A DNA stretch of 12,611 nucleotides, taken from assembly GCA_001179505.1 (NCBI GenBank), contig CDMY01000893.1:1-12611 (forward strand), given 5' to 3'. The notes below the pieces were generated by a model. It saw only the letters and a list, made by a program, of their open reading frames with translations. It was not told where the DNA came from and searched no databases. This DNA is from Vitrella brassicaformis CCMP3155 (Eukaryota; Protista; Chromerida). The translations under genes and the position numbers were made by a program. This document shows, piece by piece, positions 9,401-12,611 of the stretch (position 1 is the stretch's first letter; every line of letters begins with the position of its first letter).

Positions 9401-10657
9401 TTGTCCGTGTGCGTGCGTGTGTGCGTGCGCTTCTCCATGCGTATGAGTATAGGCTTCCTCATCTGCTTCCCGGTGGCCTTTGTGGTTCTCCTGCTCGCCA
9501 CCACCAACCTCTATCTCACCACATACGCCACCTTCTCGATCGCATGTATCGTTTGCAGGTACGTACGTGCACACTGCGGTCTTACAGTCAGCTCACGGAT
9601 AATCGGCAGCCTGGCTGTGTTCACCTTTGATGGATACGTGCAGCATGTTGGGCTTTATCAAGTCAGCCATGGATGGGACCTTGGTGTGGGAGAAACGATC
9701 TGCGTGGTGCTCGTCATTGGCTTCTCGGTGGACTATGTGGTAGGCCACATGGCTGTCTCGACATCGCATCCGCTATGAGCACTGCCCCTGTTGTCTCGCT
9801 TTGCTGAAATTGCCACACGTGTAGGTGCATCTGGGGCACATGTACCAAGACTCGAACAACCACGGCTGCAAGACGAGGGAGGAGCGCTTCCAGTTCGCAG
9901 CAGAGTACATGGGCATGACCGTCATAGGAGGTGAGATGCCTTCGGAAAGCCAGACGCCCCGATAGCAATAGTGAAATAACATTACATGGCTGTTCTGTCT
10001 GTTGGCTGTGTGGCGTTTGCAGGTGCTATAACGACTGCAGGCAGTGGGCTCATCATGTTCACCTGCCAAATGCAGGTAAAATCGAGCTTTAAAGTGCTTC
10101 CAGAACCAGTCGTGTTCCCTCTTCTGTTCCCTCTTCGTGTTCCCTCTTCGTGTTTCGAGACATTTACAAAAATGGTGCGGGAATGACTATGGAAATACTA
10201 GCATCATACGAAGTTCTGTTCAATTCTGTTAGGCAATTCTGAGTGCGTGAGGAAAGAGACAGCGACGACGGAACACAAAAAGAAACGTTTTTCCGCTTGT
10301 ATGCAATGGTGTGTCTCATGCAGTCTCCGTCACCATCCTCTTCTCTCTCCTCTACTGTGAGCGGGAGAGGCAGCCGCAGGAACGACCTTCTCTGATTGCA
10401 TTGTCATCTATGTATCGCCCTCAGCATTCTTCTTCTTCATGGGCCTGCTGATCATCATCGGCCCTGAAAACGAGACGGTAACTCAAACGCTGAACCATCG
10501 ACGAATGCATATGTGTCGTCCACGGCTTGACTGTGGCATCGTTGCGTAGGGCAACCTAGGAGCAATGTGGGAGTCGTGCAAACGCGCATGCACAAAACGC
10601 AAGGCAAAGACAGACGATGCAACGGGAAAGGCGGAGGATGAAACGGGGTTGGATTGA
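3483..10657 (+). CDS. Patched/Dispatched/NPC1-family sterol-sensing 12-TM RND transporter, ~1,070 aa, ~51 exons; frameshifted in this sequence
   Basis: Hand-spliced exons: 3483-3586, 3657-3683?, 3756-3787, 3851/3887-3924, 3980-4064, 4126-4208, 4284-4389, 4463-4620, 4697-4764, 4825-4882, 4973-5036, 5129-5146, 5313-5355, 5444-5462, 5551-5570, 5683-5737, 5807-5850, 5951-5990, 6067-6079, 6187-6245, 6302-6360, 6421-6439, 6519-6550, 6606-6656, 6712-6768, 6834-~6881, 6950-7345, 7416-7498, 7578-7668, 7733-7758, 7837-7844, 7957-8015, 8080-8103, 8202-8238, 8297-8313, 8380-8424, 8506-8578, 8662-8716, 8805-8883, 8945-9072, 9138-9228, 9334-9357, 9453-9558, 9644-9739, 9825-9930, 10023-10075, 10160-10174, 10233-10242, 10324-10356, 10425-10477, 10550-10657 (TGA). 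Family motifs recovered: QRYPWPLF; TIFTPELLQQMCEVE; IFVVLGVGADNIFVLVDAW (TM4); TAFTTSVAFF; PIRSFGIYAGLCIIMNY; WGIKGIDRSG; GWDLGVGETICVVLVIGFSVDYVVHLGH (TM10); GAITTAGSG; FFFFMGLLIIIGPENETGNL. Exons 2-4 are tentative. Confidence 0.9.
5075..5092. repeat. (AC)9 microsatellite in intron 5037-5128
   Basis: Direct read. Confidence 0.9.
5528..5630. repeat. Two (CTGT)n tracts (x4 at 5528-5543, x5 at 5611-5630) in consecutive introns
   Basis: Direct read. Confidence 0.9.
5683..6881 (+). other. Sterol-sensing domain (TM2-TM6) of the Patched-family gene
   Basis: Spliced translation MNDIFGAVLSIIFAGICIFAYTRSGFLT...CSLPSAFFFYYYVFNITYFNTVVTVTIFVVLGVGADNIFVLVDAW...DRTIKAVFNTAFTTSVAFFATGVSAIMPIRSFGIYAGLCIIMNYLALIFVTPPAL shows the canonical five-helix SSD pattern. 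Confidence 0.85.
9205..9228 (+). pseudogene. Frameshift lesion 1 (apparent 1-nt deletion, W-A-[W]-M-A-T-E-R)
   Basis: tgg gca gg atg gca acg gag cgt g|GT. Adding one base restores WAWMATERGLVEGMFTG and the phase-1 joins into exons 9334 and 9453. Confidence 0.75.
9644..9682 (+). pseudogene. Frameshift lesion 2 (apparent missing G at 9671-9672)
   Basis: c atg ttg ggc ttt atc aag tca gcc atg ga tgg gac ctt. One extra G gives SMLGFIKSAMGWDLG, the expected TM9-loop sequence. Confidence 0.7.
10111..10154. repeat. ~13-bp tandem repeat (gtgttccctcttc) x3 in intron 10076-10159
   Basis: cgtgttccctcttc tgttccctcttc gtgttccctcttc gtgtt. Confidence 0.9.
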
Positions 10658-10958
10658 AATAAGGAATGTCCGGGTCGAAGATTCAATGAAGGATAGAGAG
10701 ACACCCGCGTGGACGATGTCAGTCTTTGTTTCTTCCGTTCTTTCACCGTTTGGACTCGTAAGTCGATTTGCTATGTGGTTTTATGGACTCGATTGTGCTG
10801 TCTGCCTTTAAAGGCATCATCACTGAGTCTTCCCATGTATACCTCGTATACGTGTTGTACAAGCGCTAGCGACACTTTGCACTTGTGCAATTAGCACATG
10901 CGGAAGACACGCATGAATCACTCAGATTGACTGACCTGCCTAGGCCAACCCCCCCCTA

Positions 10959-10982
10959 CCATCCTAATATCCATCCTAATAT
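10959..10982. repeat. Perfect 12-bp tandem duplication (ccatcctaatat) x2
   Basis: Direct read. Confidence 0.9.
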
Positions 10983-11146
10983 GACAGCTACGTCTCGTGC
11001 GAATCCATGTAAGTGCTCTTCGGCGACGGCCGTACATATTCGCACCAGGTGGCAATCACTTCAATCCGCAGATTCCTACGGTAACCTCAATTGCTCAACC
11101 TCGTATCAATTTGTTAAGTATCGTGTAATGTCGCTTTCGAAGGCGA

Positions 11147-11159
11147 GGCCCGAAGGGCC
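11147..11159. other. GC-rich palindromic hairpin GGCCC-GAA-GGGCC just upstream of the retroelement junction
   Basis: Perfect 5-bp stem, extendable by ggc(11142-11144)/gcc(11162-11164) across a 2x2 loop. Confidence 0.7.
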
Positions 11160-11172
11160 GGGCCAAGCATAG

Positions 11173-12609
11173 CCGATCAAGGCCCTGCGAGCGTGCCGCC
11201 TCATCGCTCTCGACAAATGCCCTGGCGTCCGCCCCATTGGCGTCGGGGAGGTGCTCTCTCGCCTGGCTGGCAAGTGCATGGCCATGGTGACCCGCTCTGA
11301 CCTGGAGACGACCTGCGGCACTGATCAGCTGTGCATCGGTGTGAAGGGGGGCCTCGAGGGGGCTGTGCACGCGGTGAATGACCTCTTCCAAGAGGACGAG
11401 ACCGAGGGGCTCCTGCTGGTGGACGCGAGCAACGCCTTCAATCGCATCAGTCGGCCTGCTGCCATCTGGAACACCCGCGTGCTGTGGCCCCGCTGCTCTC
11501 GCTATGTGTTCAACACCTACCGAGGGTTCGCCGCACTTCACCTGCAAGGCTCAGCCGGCTGTCTGTGGAGCTGTGAAGGCGTCACACAGGGCGATTCGAT
11601 GGCGATGTTCGTCTACGCCTGCGGCAGCCTTCCCCTCATCCATGCCCTGCGGGCTGCCTGCGCTGAGGAGGGATATGAGATGCCGTCGAGTGGGGCATGG
11701 GATGAGTCAGGCAGCGATGGGTCTGGGTCAGACATGGACGAGAACAAAAACGCGCCATCAGAAGCGCAAGAGAGGCCAGAAGAAGCCAGTGACATGCCAC
11801 CAGAAGCAGAAGGGGATGGTGCGGGTGTATGTGTGTGTTCTGATGTAGAAGGTGTTAGAGTGGGTGAGCAGGAGAGTTTGTCGACCTCGTCGGCCCCGTC
11901 GGCCTCTTCATCTAGCGCTTCGCTGCGGCAGTGCTGGTATGCGGATGACTCGTCGGCGCTCGGCAAACTTCACGGCATCCTCGTGTGGTTTCGAGCCCTG
12001 CGTCGCATCGGTCCCTCATACGGCTATCACCCAGAGACCGCCAAGTCCTTCCTCGTCGTCAAACCCGAGCTCGAGCAGATCGCAAGGGAACTCTTCGAGC
12101 CCGAGGGGGTGCAGATCGTCACGGGCAAGAGGTTCCTGGGCGGCTACGTGGGCGATGAGGGGGGAAGGGCGGCGTTCCTCTGCGAGAAGGTCGAGGGGTG
12201 GGTGCGCGGCGTGCGCGCGCTCACGTCTGCTGCCCGCAACTTCCCACACACGGCCCACGCGGCAATGATGAGGTCTCTGCAGATGGAATGGGACTACGTC
12301 TTTCGTGTCGTGCTCACCGACGAGTGCGCTCTCAGCCCCCTCCGCGAGGCCATCGCCAAGGAGCTGCTGCCGGCCCTCCTCGGCGGCCCTGTGACGCCGT
12401 CCGAGGTCGACCTGATGCTGCTGCCTGCCCGGCATGACGGCACCGGCATACGTGACCCTCTCGACCGTGCCGCAGCCGCCTACCCCGCTTCCCGCGCGAG
12501 CACCAAGGTGGTCTCCAAGTCCGTCCAAGGCAAGGCTCCGTTCCACCCTGGCGACCATCGTGCCACCATCCGCCACGCCCTCACCCGGAGCAAGCAGCAG
12601 CAGGACGTC
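11173..12609 (+). CDS. Reverse transcriptase ORF (479 open codons, no start or stop in window; missed by the ORF track)
   Basis: Frame +1: IKALRACRLIALDKCPGVRPIGVGEVLSRLAGKC; DQLCIGVKGGLEGAVHA; LLLVDASNAFN; FNTYRG; EGVTQGDSMAM (QGD 11587-11595); QCWYADDSSALG (YADD 11938-11949); GPSYGYHPETAKS; GKRFLGGYVG; LPARHDGTGIRDP. Confidence 0.93.
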
Positions 12610-12611
12610 GC
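11173..12611 (+). mobile_element. Non-LTR retrotransposon, CRE-clade-like, 5'-truncated, continuing beyond the window
   Basis: RT homology starts abruptly right after a TAG at 11170-11172, with no upstream ORF homology. The motif set is typical of CRE-like elements. Codons are strongly GC3-rich and lack host-like introns, except possibly within the insert. Confidence 0.88.

Noticed and set aside
10111-10154. CRISPR-like repeat array
   Set aside because: Contiguous short tandem units without spacers, inside an intron. The same applies to 1421-1454.
11135-11172. HDV-like or hammerhead ribozyme at the element's 5' end
   Set aside because: Only a simple hairpin is visible, without catalytic core or pseudoknot elements, and the element is truncated within its ORF rather than at its UTR.
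11095-12576. Minus-strand ORFs (150, 117 and 186 aa) and alternative plus-frame ORFs over the retroelement
   Set aside because: Shadow ORFs of the GC3-rich RT frame; all recognisable motifs lie in frame +1.
11173-12611. Prokaryotic RT system (group II intron, retron, DGR) or telomerase
   Set aside because: The motifs (GVRPIGVGE, VDASNAFN, GPSYGY) match eukaryotic CRE-like non-LTR RTs, and the context is spliceosomal-intron-rich eukaryotic DNA.

Overview
Eukaryotic, very intron-rich, moderately GC-rich nuclear DNA. The short 50-110 nt GT-AG introns full of CA/GA/GACA microsatellites resemble a chromerid alveolate such as Vitrella, but the taxon is an inference. Most ORF-track entries are artefacts of splicing. 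By hand-splicing I find four things. (1) A minus-strand, signal-peptide-bearing class-3 lipase gene, 3404->878, with 9-10 exons, GHSLG and a plausible Ser-Asp-His triad. (2) Starting only 78 bp away and head-to-head with it, a plus-strand Patched/Dispatched/NPC1-family 12-TM sterol-sensing (RND) transporter gene, 3483->10657. It has about 51 exons, many of them 8-20 nt microexons, and encodes about 1,070 aa. It carries two clear 1-nt frameshifts (~9211, ~9672) and two unresolved splice-phase conflicts. (3) A 5'-truncated CRE-clade non-LTR retrotransposon RT ORF, 11173->window end, with an unusual ~87-aa in-frame acidic insertion between the QGD and YADD motifs. (4) A possible start of another minus-strand gene at the left edge. 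No rRNA, tRNA or CRISPR array could be supported.
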